A stretch of 60,866 nt of DNA from Pseudomonadota bacterium (GTDB lineage: Bacteria > Pseudomonadota > Alphaproteobacteria > Micavibrionales > UBA2020): positions 1 to 60,866 of the forward strand of contig JAJZFS010000078.1 of NCBI GenBank assembly GCA_021805245.1. Reading direction: 5' to 3'. Both the position numbers and the translations under genes were made by a program. This document shows, piece by piece, positions 1 through 9,672 of the stretch (position 1 is the stretch's first letter; every line of letters starts with the position of its first letter). The notes under the pieces are model-generated. The model did not search any database. It saw only the letters and a program-made list of their open reading frames with translations, and was not told the origin of the DNA.

Positions 1-78
1 GGTGTGCTGCGTGAAAAGGGCGATGATCTGACGCTCGGCGATCTGATCCGTGAAAGCTTGAAGGAGTTGAGCGCATGA
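1..78 (+). CDS. ruvA: Holliday junction branch migration protein RuvA, C-terminal fragment (runs off the window start)
   Basis: Frame 1 reads [25 protein letters not shown], resembling the RuvA domain III end; the stop overlaps the ruvB start (ATGA). Confidence 0.75.
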   Translation, partial: GVLREKGDDLTLGDLIRESLKELSA

Positions 79-1145
79 CCTCCGACGCACAAGTCCAGCG
101 CGAGATCGCGCCCGCCTACCAGCCGGAGAAAGACGGCGAGGAGCCGTCCATCCGTCCTCTGTCGATCGACGAATTCATCGGCCAGAAAAAATCCCGCGAA
201 AATCTGAAGGTGTTTATCGAGGCCGCACGCACGCGCAAGGAGCCGCTCGATCACGTTTTATTGTTCGGCCCGCCGGGGCTGGGCAAAACGACGCTGGCGC
301 AGATCATCAGCCGCGAGATGAAGGTCGGCTTTCGAGCCACCTCCGGCCCTGTGATTTCCAAGGCGGGCGATCTGGCCGCCATTCTCACCAACTTGCAGCC
401 GCACGATGTGTTGTTCATCGACGAAATCCACCGCCTCAATTCCGCGGTTGAGGAAATTCTTTATCCGGCGATGGAAGACCGCCAGCTTGATCTGATCATC
501 GGCGAAGGCCCGGCGGCGCGTTCGGTGCGGATTGATCTGCCGCCGTTCACGCTGGTCGGCGCGACGACGCGCTCCGGTCTGATCACGCGCCCGTTGCGCG
601 AGCGTTTCGGCATTCCCCTGCGCCTGGAATTTTACGCCGCGGAAGAACTGGCGGAGATCGTGCTGCGCGGATCGGGGATCATCGGCATGGACATCACGCC
701 GGAAGGCGCGTTCGAGATTGCCCGCCGTTCACGCGGCACGCCGCGCATCGCGGGCAGGCTCACGCGCCGTGTGCGGGATTTTGCCGCCGTGGACAAAGTC
801 AAAAAGGTGGACGCCAAAATTGCCGACGCCGCGCTGTTGAAACTTGAAGTGGACAAGCAGGGGCTCGATTCCATGGACCGCCGCTACATGAACTGCATCG
901 CCGAGAATTACGCGGGCGGCCCTGCGGGCATCGAGACGATTTCCGCCGCGCTCTCCGAACAGCGCGACGTTCTGGAAGAAACGGTCGAGCCGTATTTGAT
1001 ACAATGCGGGCTGATTATCCGCACGCCGCGCGGCCGCATGATTTCCGACAACGGCTACAAATACCTCGGCCTGCCGCCGCCGACAAACACCAAAGACCGG
1101 CAGATGGCGTTGATGATCGATTTGCCCGCGGGTGAGGAACTATAA
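75..1145 (+). CDS. ruvB: Holliday junction DNA helicase RuvB
   Basis: GPPGLGKTT Walker A, FIDEIHRL Walker B, GATTRSG, RGTPRIA. Confidence 0.98.
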   Translation: MTSDAQVQREIAPAYQPEKDGEEPSIRPLSIDEFIGQKKSRENLKVFIEAARTRKEPLDHVLLFGPPGLGKTTLAQIISREMKVGFRATSGPVISKAGDLAAILTNLQPHDVLFIDEIHRLNSAVEEILYPAMEDRQLDLIIGEGPAARSVRIDLPPFTLVGATTRSGLITRPLRERFGIPLRLEFYAAEELAEIVLRGSGIIGMDITPEGAFEIARRSRGTPRIAGRLTRRVRDFAAVDKVKKVDAKIADAALLKLEVDKQGLDSMDRRYMNCIAENYAGGPAGIETISAALSEQRDVLEETVEPYLIQCGLIIRTPRGRMISDNGYKYLGLPPPTNTKDRQMALMIDLPAGEEL

Positions 1146-1551
1146 CGCCGTGGCCGCCCATGAACTGAAAATTCGTGTATACTACGAGGATACCGATGCC
1201 GGCGGCGTGGTGTACCATGCGCGTTATCTCGCTTTCGCCGAGCGCGGCCGCACGGAAATGCTCCGTGCGGCGGGCTATGAACATGCGCCGCTCCTGAGCG
1301 AGAACGGGACGGCCTTTGCCGTTGTCGCGGCGGATCTGCAATACAAGGCACCGGCGCAGCTTGACGATGAACTGACCATTAAATCGGAGATCACGCGGGT
1401 CGGCGGCGCGAGTATGGAAATAAAACAGGATATTTTTTGCGATGACAGGTTGCTGACAGAAATCAAAGTTACGCTAGTTTGTGTTGATAGCGCTTTCAAA
1501 GCTGTTAGATTGCCGGCAGAGATAAAAAAGATATTCGATTCAAAATCTTGA
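1132..1551 (+). CDS. ybgC: Tol-Pal-associated acyl-CoA thioesterase YbgC
   Basis: [19 protein letters not shown] hotdog-fold motif; position between ruvB and tolQ; exact start uncertain. Confidence 0.93.
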   Translation: MRNYNAVAAHELKIRVYYEDTDAGGVVYHARYLAFAERGRTEMLRAAGYEHAPLLSENGTAFAVVAADLQYKAPAQLDDELTIKSEITRVGGASMEIKQDIFCDDRLLTEIKVTLVCVDSAFKAVRLPAEIKKIFDSKS

Positions 1552-1564
1552 GGGAGTGAAAACA

Positions 1565-2317
1565 ATGGTGGCTTTACCGGTTGCGGAGGCGTCTTCAGCG
1601 GTGCTTGCAGGGTCGCACGTGGCGCATGACCTTTCGGTCTGGGGGTTGTTTTTGCAGGCCGACCTGATCGTGAAGTGCATTTTGCTGATCCTCGTTTCGG
1701 CGTCGATCTGGAGCTGGGCGATCATCTTCGACAAGTGGGCGACGTTCAAGAGCCTGAACTCCAAAGCCAACAAGTTCGAGAATTCGTTCTGGTCGGGCGA
1801 GGCGCTGGAAAAGCTCTACAAGCGCATTCAAGCCAAGCCGGGCGACCCGATGGCGCGCACCTTCTGCGCGGGCATGAACGAGTGGAATTTGACCGTGGAA
1901 AGCGGCGGGGCGAACCTCGCCGCGAACGACCTGCGCGCCGGCTTGCAGCAGCGCATCGACCGCGTGATGGCGACCTCCATCAACCGCGAGATCAACTCGC
2001 TGGAAAAATACATGACGTTTCTCGGCACCGTCGGCTCGACGGCGCCGTTTATCGGCCTGTTCGGCACGGTATGGGGGATCATGAACAGCTTTTCCGCCAT
2101 CGCGGGCGCGCGGAACACCAGCCTTGCCGTCGTCGCGCCGGGCATCGCCGAGGCTTTGTTCGCGACCGCGCTTGGCCTTGTCGCCGCCATTCCGGCGGTG
2201 GTGGCCTATAATAAATTTTCGACGGATCTTGGCCGTTACGGCGACAGGCTGGAAGCCTTCTCCGCCGAGTTCGGCTCTATTTTGAGCCGCCATCTCGAGC
2301 AGCAAGGAAAACGCTGA
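1565..2317 (+). CDS. tolQ: TolQ
   Basis: [15 protein letters not shown] and [12 protein letters not shown] MotA/TolQ/ExbB motifs; ATG downstream of GGGAG. Confidence 0.96.
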   Translation: MVALPVAEASSAVLAGSHVAHDLSVWGLFLQADLIVKCILLILVSASIWSWAIIFDKWATFKSLNSKANKFENSFWSGEALEKLYKRIQAKPGDPMARTFCAGMNEWNLTVESGGANLAANDLRAGLQQRIDRVMATSINREINSLEKYMTFLGTVGSTAPFIGLFGTVWGIMNSFSAIAGARNTSLAVVAPGIAEALFATALGLVAAIPAVVAYNKFSTDLGRYGDRLEAFSAEFGSILSRHLEQQGKR

Positions 2318-2760
2318 TGGGCGTCAAACTTGACAGAGGCCGCCGCGGCAACCGCCGTGCGCACAAGGTAATGGCGGAGATCAACGTCACGCCGATGGTG
2401 GACGTCATGCTGGTGCTGCTGGTGATTTTCATGATCACCGCGCCGCTTTTGACGACCGGCGTCAACGTCAACCTGCCCAAGGCGCACGCCCGCGCGCTCA
2501 GCAAGCAGGACAACACGCCGCTGGAAATTTCCATCAACGCGGGCGGGCATATCTACATCGGCCAGACGCGCGTGACGATCGAGGAATTGAAAGAAAAGCT
2601 CACGGCCATCGCCAAACAGACGCCGGACAGACGGGTTTATATCCGCGCCGACCATCATTTGTCTTACGGGCAGGTGATGGGCATCATGGCGGTCGCCAGC
2701 ACGTCCGGTTTTAGCAAGATCGCCCTCGTGACGGACCCGCTTTCGGCGCGGGGGCGCTAA
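2317..2760 (+). CDS. tolR: TolR
   Basis: [25 protein letters not shown] motif and IRAD motif. Confidence 0.96.
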   Translation: MGVKLDRGRRGNRRAHKVMAEINVTPMVDVMLVLLVIFMITAPLLTTGVNVNLPKAHARALSKQDNTPLEISINAGGHIYIGQTRVTIEELKEKLTAIAKQTPDRRVYIRADHHLSYGQVMGIMAVASTSGFSKIALVTDPLSARGR

Positions 2761-2766
2761 CATGGG

Positions 2767-3564
2767 ATGGTGACGCACATGCGGCGCACGTCGGTATACG
2801 CATCCATGGCTTTTCACGTGATGGTTTTCGTCATCGTGATCGTGGGCTTGCCGTTTCTGCCCGCCATCGTGCCGGACATGCCGACGCCGATCACGGTTGA
2901 TCTTGTCACCATCGCCAAAACAACGCAGACGAAAACATTCTCGCGCACGCCGTCCGTCCGGAAGCCAAAACCGGATCAGCCGCCGCCGAAGCACGAGACT
3001 CCAGCGCCGACCAATATGTCTTCCAGTGCCGTGGCTCCGGACGTTATGCCGAGGCCGCAAGACCGCCCGCCGCACAAGACCGTGGTATTGGACAAAAATA
3101 AGCTGCCGAAAAAAGTCAGAAAGAAAAGGGACAAGGCGAAGGTCGTTAAAAAGGAACAGCCGCAGGATTTTGCAGCCGTGTTGCGCAACCTCGAGGACAG
3201 CACGCCCAAGCCGGTGCAAAAAGCCGGGCAGAACGCTCCCTTGGGCGAACGCATGACGATGAGCGAGGAGGACGCGCTGCGCACGCAGCTGGAAAGCTGC
3301 TGGAACGTGCCGATCGGCGCAAAGGACGTAGAGAATATGTCGGTCAGCATCTTTATGGTTATAAACCGCGACCGCGTGCTGCAATCGGCACGCATCGTCG
3401 ATACGGCGCGCTATAATTCCGATCAGGTTTTCCGTGCGGTCGCGGACAGCGCGCTGCGGGCGGTGCGCAACCCAAAATGCTCGCCTTTTGACCTGCCGCC
3501 TGATAAGTATAATATCTGGAATAACACGACAGTGACTTTCAACCCGAAGGATATGTTTCAATGA
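2767..3564 (+). CDS. tolA: TolA-like (TonB-family) energy transducer
   Basis: N-terminal TM with SxxxH, Pro/Lys-rich linker, C-terminal CWNVP...SALRAV...FNP domain; lies between tolR and tolB. Confidence 0.85.
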   Translation: MVTHMRRTSVYASMAFHVMVFVIVIVGLPFLPAIVPDMPTPITVDLVTIAKTTQTKTFSRTPSVRKPKPDQPPPKHETPAPTNMSSSAVAPDVMPRPQDRPPHKTVVLDKNKLPKKVRKKRDKAKVVKKEQPQDFAAVLRNLEDSTPKPVQKAGQNAPLGERMTMSEEDALRTQLESCWNVPIGAKDVENMSVSIFMVINRDRVLQSARIVDTARYNSDQVFRAVADSALRAVRNPKCSPFDLPPDKYNIWNNTTVTFNPKDMFQ

Positions 3565-4898
3565 AACTCCATAAAGGCTGGCTGGCCGTTTTCGCCGTTC
3601 TCGTTTTTTGGGGCGCGGGCATCGCGCCGGCGCGCGCCGATCTTCATCTCAACGTCAACAGGGGCACGGTCAACCCGTTGCCGATCGCGATACCGGATTT
3701 TTCGGGCAGCGTGAGCAGCGACCCGACGTTGGGGCATGATCTGGTGACCGTGATCTCGAACGATCTCGACGGCTCCGGCCTGTTCAAGACGCTGGACCCG
3801 AAATCCTTCATCCAGCAGGCGAAGGACGCCGCGACCAATCCCGACTTCAAGTCATGGGGCACTGTGGGCGCGCAGGCGCTCGTCACCGGCACGATCAGCA
3901 CGACGGGCGGCGACCGCACGCGCGTCGAGTTCCGCCTGTGGGACGTCGAGTCACAACAGCAACTCGTTGGCATGGCCTACATGACGACGCCGACGAACTG
4001 GCGGCGCATCGGGCATATCATCGCCGATTCCATTTACGAGCGCATCACCGGCGAGAAGGGCTATTTCGACAGCCGCATCGTCTATATTGCGCAGACAGGG
4101 CCGTACGGCGAGCGCACGCGGCGGCTCGCCATCATGGATCAGGACGGCGCCAACGTCCATTATCTCACCAACGGCGACGCGATCGTGCTGACGCCGCGCT
4201 TTTCGCCAACGCAGCAGCAGATCACTTATATGGCTTATTACAACCACAAACCGCGCGTGTATCTTTATAATATCAGCACGGGCGCACAGCAGGTGCTGGG
4301 CGACTTTCCGAACATGACGTTTGCGCCGCGGTTCTCGCCGGACGGCAGCAAGGTCATCATGAGTCTCTCCGACAACGACGGAAACAGCGATATTTACACG
4401 ATGGGTACCGACAGCCACAACGTCGTCCGCCTGACGCATACCGATTCCATCAACACCAGCCCGACCTATTCGCCGGACGGAAAATATATCGCTTTCGAAT
4501 CCGACCGCAGCGGCTCGCAGCAGATCTACGTCATGAATGCCGACGGTTCGGGCGCGCACCGCATCACCTTCGGTTCGGGGCGCTACGCATCGCCGGTCTG
4601 GTCGCCGCGCGGAGACCTGATCGCTTTCACGCGCATCTATAAAAACGAATTCTACATCGGCGTCATCCATCCCGACGGCACGGGCGAGCGGCTCATCACC
4701 CACGGCTTCGACGTCGAGGCGCCCACCTGGTCGCCGAACGGGCGCGTGCTGTGCTTCTTCAAGGTCGTGCCGACGGGGCCGCACGGCGAGGGGCGTTCGT
4801 CGCGTCTTTATACGATCGACCTGACGGGCTTCAACGAGCACATGATCAAGTCGCCGACGGATGCGTCCGATCCGGCGTGGTCGCCGCTGAACAAGTAA
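3561..4898 (+). CDS. tolB: TolB beta-propeller protein
   Basis: Signal peptide, PIAIPDF N-domain, repeated P.FSPDG/P.WSP PD40 motifs, terminal SDPAWSP. Confidence 0.97.
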   Translation: MKLHKGWLAVFAVLVFWGAGIAPARADLHLNVNRGTVNPLPIAIPDFSGSVSSDPTLGHDLVTVISNDLDGSGLFKTLDPKSFIQQAKDAATNPDFKSWGTVGAQALVTGTISTTGGDRTRVEFRLWDVESQQQLVGMAYMTTPTNWRRIGHIIADSIYERITGEKGYFDSRIVYIAQTGPYGERTRRLAIMDQDGANVHYLTNGDAIVLTPRFSPTQQQITYMAYYNHKPRVYLYNISTGAQQVLGDFPNMTFAPRFSPDGSKVIMSLSDNDGNSDIYTMGTDSHNVVRLTHTDSINTSPTYSPDGKYIAFESDRSGSQQIYVMNADGSGAHRITFGSGRYASPVWSPRGDLIAFTRIYKNEFYIGVIHPDGTGERLITHGFDVEAPTWSPNGRVLCFFKVVPTGPHGEGRSSRLYTIDLTGFNEHMIKSPTDASDPAWSPLNK

Positions 4899-4924
4899 AT
4901 GTTTTTCATATCATTAAAGACGGC

Positions 4925-4951
4925 TTGAAATGGCGATAAAGGCCGTTTCAA
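4925..4951 (+). terminator. Stem-loop after tolB (possible terminator)
   Basis: TTGAAATGGC-gataaag-GCCGTTTCAA inverted repeat; no good U-tract on the + strand. Confidence 0.35.
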
Positions 4952-5020
4952 AAAGTCGTTTCAATATGGGGGCATTTTTATTACAAATAATACCCTGAAA
5001 GATAACCCGAGGACAAAACG

Positions 5021-7684
5021 ATGGCAGACGACAAAACCCCTATGAGCGAGACCGAAAAGAAATACTACGCGGAATGGGAAAAATCCGGCGTTTTCTCCTC
5101 CGACACGAAGAGCAACAGGGCGCCTTATTGCATCCCCATGCCGCCGCCGAATGTCACCGGCAGTCTGCACATGGGCCATGCGCTGAACATGACGCTGCAG
5201 GATATTCTCAGCCGCTACGAGCGCATGCGGGGGAAGGATGTTCTCTGGCAGCCGGGCACGGACCACGCGGGCATCGCGACGCAGATGGTGGTCGAGCGGC
5301 TGCTCGCCAAAGACGGCAAAACGCGCTACGACCTTGGCCGCGAAGGCTTTCTGGAGCGCGTGTGGGAATGGAAGAAAGAGTCGGGCGGGATGATCACCAG
5401 CCAGCTCCGCCGCCTCGGCGCCACGCCAGACTGGAGCCGCGAGCGCTTTACCATGGACGACGGTTTGAATGCGGCCGTGCGCAAGGTGTTCGTGCGGCTT
5501 TATAAAGAGAAGCTGATCTACCGCGATAAGCGCCTCGTCAACTGGGACCCGAAGCTGCACACCGCGATTTCCGATCTCGAAGTCGAGCAGAAGGAAATCA
5601 AAGGCCATATGTGGCATTTGCGTTATCCGATCGAAGGCGATGAAAATCGGTTTATCGTCGTCGCCACCACGCGTCCGGAAACGATGTTCGGCGATACGGC
5701 GGTGGCGGTGCATCCGGATGACGACCGTTATAAAGACCTCGTCGGCAAGAACGCCATCCTGCCGATCGTGGGACATCCGATCCCGATTATTGCTGATGAA
5801 CATGCCGACCCTGAAAAGGGCTCTGGCGCGGTCAAGATCACCCCCGCGCACGACTTCAACGACTTTGAAGTCGGCAAGCGCCATAACTTGCTCAAGATTG
5901 ATGTGCTGGATGAGAACGCGAAGATGAACCGGAACGCACCGGAAGAATATCGCGGCATGGACCGCTACGACGCACGGAAGAAAGTCCTCGCCGAGCTGGA
6001 AGCACAGGAGCTGATAGAAAAAATCGAAGATCACGTTTTGCAAATGCCTTACGGCGACCGCTCCGGCGTGGTCATCGAGCCGATGCTGCTCGACCAGTGG
6101 TATGTGGACGCCAAAACGCTGGCGGAACCGGCGATCAAGGCGGTCGAGGACGGCAAGACGCAGTTCATCCCCGCCAACTGGACGAAAACCTATTACGATT
6201 GGATGCGCAACATCCAGCCGTGGTGCATTTCGCGCCAGATCTGGTGGGGGCACCAGATTCCCGCGTGGTTCGCTGAAGACGGTTCTATCTTTGTCGAGGA
6301 AACTGAAGAAGAAGCTTATGCTGCGGCGCGAAAGAAATTTGGTAAGGATGTTCAATTGTGGCGCGACCCGGACGTTCTCGATACGTGGTTCTCCTCGGCG
6401 CTGTGGCCGTTCTCGACGCTCGGCTGGCCGGAGGAAACCGAGGCGCTGAAGCGTTATTACCCCGCCGAAACGCTGATCACCGGCTTCGACATCATCTTCT
6501 TCTGGGTCGCCCGCATGATGATGATGGGCATTCATTTCATGGGCGACGTGCCGTTCAAAAAAGTTTACATCCACGCGCTTGTGCGCGATGAAAAAGGCCA
6601 GAAGATGTCGAAGTCGAAAGGCAACGTCATCGACCCGCTGGGGCTGGTCGATGAATACGGCGCGGACTCTTTGCGCTTCACGCTCACGGCGATGGCCGCG
6701 CAGGGGCGGGACGTCAAACTGTCGGCGCAACGCGTCGAGCACACCCGCAACTTCACCACCAAGCTGCGCAACGCCGCGCGCTTCTGCGGCATGAACGGCT
6801 GCACGCTCAATCCGGCTTTCAAGCCGGAAAGCGTCAGGAATGTCGTCAATAAGTGGATTATCAGCGAGCTGGCCGCGCTGACGAAAGATGTCGCCGAAGC
6901 GCTCGACGTGTACAGGTTTAACGATGCGGCCTCGCACCTTTACCATTTCACTTACGATTTGTTCTGCGACTGGTACATCGAATTCACCAAGCCGCTGCTG
7001 AACGGTGACGACGAAGCCCTGAAAACCGAGGTGCGCGAAACGACCGGCTGGGTGCTGGACACGCTCCTGCAACTGCTCAACCCCGTCATGCCGTTCGTGA
7101 CCGAGGAGCTGCATGCGCAACTGCGTGGCAAAGAGAAAACCGACAAAAACGACTGGCTGATGGTGCAGCCGTGGCCGGAATTGGGCGGGGAGGTCGTCGA
7201 TCAGGAGGCGCAGGAGGAGATGAACTGGGTCATCCGGCTGATCTCCGGCATTCGCAGCGTCCGCGCCGACATGAATGTGCCGGCGGCGGCCAAAATCAAG
7301 ATGCTGCTCAAGGGCGCCAGCGCGGCCAACAAGCAGCGGCTCGAAACCTATAACGACATCATCTGCCGCCTCGCGCGGCTGGAATCCGCCGCCATATCGG
7401 AGGAGAAGGTGCAAAAAGGCTCGATCCAGATCGTTCTGGATGAAGCTAATATTATCCTGCCGATAGCGGACGTTGTTGATATTGAACAGGAACGTACGCG
7501 CTTAAAGAAAGAAATCGAGAAAGTCTCGCAGAGCATTGAAAAAATTGATAAGATGCTCTCGAACCCAGGCTTCCTCGCCAAGGCACCGGAAGAGGTGGTC
7601 GAGGCGCAAAAGGAAACCATGCGCGACGCCGAAAACGTCCGCGCCAAACTCCATCAGGCCCTGAAGCAGCTCGAGGCGGCTTAA
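5021..7684 (+). CDS. valS: Valine--tRNA ligase
   Basis: PPPNVTGSLHMGH (HIGH), KMSKS, WCISRQIWWGH, C-terminal coiled coil. Confidence 0.98.
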   Translation: MADDKTPMSETEKKYYAEWEKSGVFSSDTKSNRAPYCIPMPPPNVTGSLHMGHALNMTLQDILSRYERMRGKDVLWQPGTDHAGIATQMVVERLLAKDGKTRYDLGREGFLERVWEWKKESGGMITSQLRRLGATPDWSRERFTMDDGLNAAVRKVFVRLYKEKLIYRDKRLVNWDPKLHTAISDLEVEQKEIKGHMWHLRYPIEGDENRFIVVATTRPETMFGDTAVAVHPDDDRYKDLVGKNAILPIVGHPIPIIADEHADPEKGSGAVKITPAHDFNDFEVGKRHNLLKIDVLDENAKMNRNAPEEYRGMDRYDARKKVLAELEAQELIEKIEDHVLQMPYGDRSGVVIEPMLLDQWYVDAKTLAEPAIKAVEDGKTQFIPANWTKTYYDWMRNIQPWCISRQIWWGHQIPAWFAEDGSIFVEETEEEAYAAARKKFGKDVQLWRDPDVLDTWFSSALWPFSTLGWPEETEALKRYYPAETLITGFDIIFFWVARMMMMGIHFMGDVPFKKVYIHALVRDEKGQKMSKSKGNVIDPLGLVDEYGADSLRFTLTAMAAQGRDVKLSAQRVEHTRNFTTKLRNAARFCGMNGCTLNPAFKPESVRNVVNKWIISELAALTKDVAEALDVYRFNDAASHLYHFTYDLFCDWYIEFTKPLLNGDDEALKTEVRETTGWVLDTLLQLLNPVMPFVTEELHAQLRGKEKTDKNDWLMVQPWPELGGEVVDQEAQEEMNWVIRLISGIRSVRADMNVPAAAKIKMLLKGASAANKQRLETYNDIICRLARLESAAISEEKVQKGSIQIVLDEANIILPIADVVDIEQERTRLKKEIEKVSQSIEKIDKMLSNPGFLAKAPEEVVEAQKETMRDAENVRAKLHQALKQLEAA

Positions 7685-7719
7685 AGGCGACGCTTCCACT
7701 ATCTCGATCAAGAGGCGTA

Positions 7720-7744
7720 GTGGATACCCGCTTGCGCGGGGATG
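7720..7744. repeat. Degenerate REP-like palindrome (TGGAT-CCCGC...GCGGGGATG type)
   Basis: GTGGATACCCGCTTGCGCGGGGATG hairpin, resembling the REP units common after alphaproteobacterial genes; single copy in this window. Confidence 0.5.
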
Positions 7745-7798
7745 GTATTTTTATTCATAATTGCGATAAAGCGCGCTTAAGCTCGTCGTGCAAAAATT

Positions 7799-7902
7799 TG
7801 CGGGCAAATGCGGACAGTTTGCAGACAGAAGCGGGTCTGATACAGGCAAATGCGATATAAATACGGGTGGTTTGCGGGCAAATATAGCCAAATGCGGGCA
7901 GG
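7799..7902 (+). repeat. Helically phased degenerate direct-repeat array (10 units of 10-11 bp, consensus TRCGGGCAAA)
   Basis: Units start at 7799, 7809, 7820, 7830, 7841, 7851, 7862, 7873, 7883, 7893; mean spacing 94/9 = 10.4 bp. Confidence 0.75.
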
Positions 7903-7918
7903 GTTTTTGCGCTTTTAT

Positions 7919-7937
7919 ATGGTTAATTTGATATTAT
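7919..7937 (-). promoter_or_regulatory. Near-consensus CtrA box upstream of dksA
   Basis: Minus strand reads ATAA-N7-TTAACCAT (one mismatch to TTAA-N7-TTAAC). Confidence 0.4.
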
Positions 7938-7958
7938 GTCATACGCATTTATGGCGGC

Positions 7959-7987
7959 TTGTGAAATGGCGCGGGCGGCATTATAGT
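7959..7987 (+). promoter_or_regulatory. Sigma70-type promoter of dksA
   Basis: TTGTGA-N17-TATAGT, 33 bp upstream of the ATG. Confidence 0.55.
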
Positions 7988-8020
7988 CTTTGAATCATTA
8001 TATAAGACAGGAAATTAGCC

Positions 8021-8464
8021 ATGAGCTCTCTGCCGGAATCATCGTCCACCATTCTCCCGCCGGATTACCACCCGAAGGAAAAAGAGAAATTCATGAACCC
8101 CGTGATGCTGGAATATTTCCGGCAGAAACTGATGCGCTGGCGCTCCGAACTGCTGGAAGAGTCCAACGAGACGATCAAGGAAATGCAGGAGGACAACCTG
8201 CAAAAACCCGACATCGCCGACCGCGCTTCGGCCGAGACGGATCACGCGCTCGAGCTGCGCACGCGCGACCGCGAACGCAAACTGATTTCCAAGATCAACG
8301 CCGCGCTCGAGAAAATCGACGAGGGTACGTACGGTTACTGCGAAGAAACCGGCGAGCCGATTTCCGTCGCGCGTCTGGAAGCGCGCCCCATCGCCACGCT
8401 CAGTCTTGAGGCGCAGGAACGTCACGAGCGCAAGGAGCGCACGCAACGCGACATGCGTGAATAG
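8021..8464 (+). CDS. dksA: RNA polymerase-binding transcription factor DksA
   Basis: DIADRA (DxxDxA) tip and YGYCEETGEPI..ARLEARPIAT, the single-Cys alphaproteobacterial type. Confidence 0.96.
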   Translation: MSSLPESSSTILPPDYHPKEKEKFMNPVMLEYFRQKLMRWRSELLEESNETIKEMQEDNLQKPDIADRASAETDHALELRTRDRERKLISKINAALEKIDEGTYGYCEETGEPISVARLEARPIATLSLEAQERHERKERTQRDMRE

Positions 8465-8466
8465 AC

Positions 8467-9438
8467 ATGGCGCAGATGACGCCTCTGCTTGTTTTTATTT
8501 TTCTTATCCTGCAGTTCGGCATCGGATATTCATTGCCGTATAAGGCGGGCTATAAGCCGATTTTTTACCGCTGGGTGGAAGATGCGGGGATTGACCTTGA
8601 CCGCCGTCTGAACCGTCCGGGGCGTCCGCAGTCCGTGCGCATAGTGCGCGGCGCGATGGTCGGCGTGGTGATGGGGCTTGCCGCTGTCGTGATCGGGCTG
8701 GCCGTGCATTACGTGGGACGCAGCGTATACGGCTTTTTCGCCCAGCTTTTGTTTCTGGCTTGCTGCGTCAATTTCATGACGCCGATAAAAGTCGCGCGCG
8801 AGGTGCTGAAGAACATAGAGGATTTGCCAAAGGCCAAGGCGTCGTTGCAGCCTTATCTGCACGAGCCGCTGGAACATGCGGACGGTCATACGGTCATCCG
8901 CAGAACGATTGAATTCATCGCGTTTTCATTCAACAGGTTTCTGCTGGGGCCGGTGTTCTGGTTTCTGGTGGCAGGGCCCATCGGCATGGCGCTGTATGTA
9001 ACATATTCGGCTTTGCAGCACGCGTTCGGCTTGCCCGACAAACGCCGGAAATATTTCGGCCAGTTCGTGCGCGGTGTGGATATATTGTTGAATATCGTTC
9101 CGGCGGCGTTGAGCGTTGTTTTTATAGCAGCAAGCGGGCTTTTCGTGAGGCGGGTCAATCCGTGGAACGAGGTCGTATCAATCGTGCAGCAGAGCCGTGC
9201 GGCAGGGCTTGTTTATCGGGAGTGGCTGATGGCGGCCATGGCAAACGGCCTTGGCATCGCGCTCGGCGGCGCTGTGCGATACAATGAAAATTATGTTGAA
9301 AAAAAACCCTGGCTCGGTCCGAAAGATGGCACGGCGCGCCTGATGCCGGATGATTTGTTGAGCGCGACGCACCTTCAATATGTCTTCTTATTATACATAT
9401 CCGTGATGATTTCCATCTTTATGATAATTGGACTATAA
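8467..9438 (+). CDS. CobD/CbiB/AmpE-like membrane protein (divergent)
   Basis: Multiple TMs; GPVFWFLVAGPIG, LNIVPA and AAMANGLGIALGG resemble CobD/CbiB motifs; starts 2 bp after the dksA stop. Confidence 0.6.
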   Translation: MAQMTPLLVFIFLILQFGIGYSLPYKAGYKPIFYRWVEDAGIDLDRRLNRPGRPQSVRIVRGAMVGVVMGLAAVVIGLAVHYVGRSVYGFFAQLLFLACCVNFMTPIKVAREVLKNIEDLPKAKASLQPYLHEPLEHADGHTVIRRTIEFIAFSFNRFLLGPVFWFLVAGPIGMALYVTYSALQHAFGLPDKRRKYFGQFVRGVDILLNIVPAALSVVFIAASGLFVRRVNPWNEVVSIVQQSRAAGLVYREWLMAAMANGLGIALGGAVRYNENYVEKKPWLGPKDGTARLMPDDLLSATHLQYVFLLYISVMISIFMIIGL

Positions 9439-9672
9439 TTACATAAAAAAATTAAGCTTGAAATTAAACTATAAAAATATCCATGACCTGGATAATAAGC
9501 ATATAAAAAAAATATTTATCTTATATTAATTATTCACCATTTACCTATTGCGTCAAAATGATAGGATGTTTGTCGAATAAAAACAGCTTCGATTCCCGAT
9601 ATGTTTTCCGGCCGTGAGGCCTTGTTTTCGAAACACTGTTTTTATTGACTACGCTTTAACCTTTAAAACGAG

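Noticed and set aside
7799-7902. CRISPR array interpretation of the repeats here and at 58807-58950
   Set aside because: Units are 10-11 bp, degenerate and lack unique spacers; no cas genes in the window
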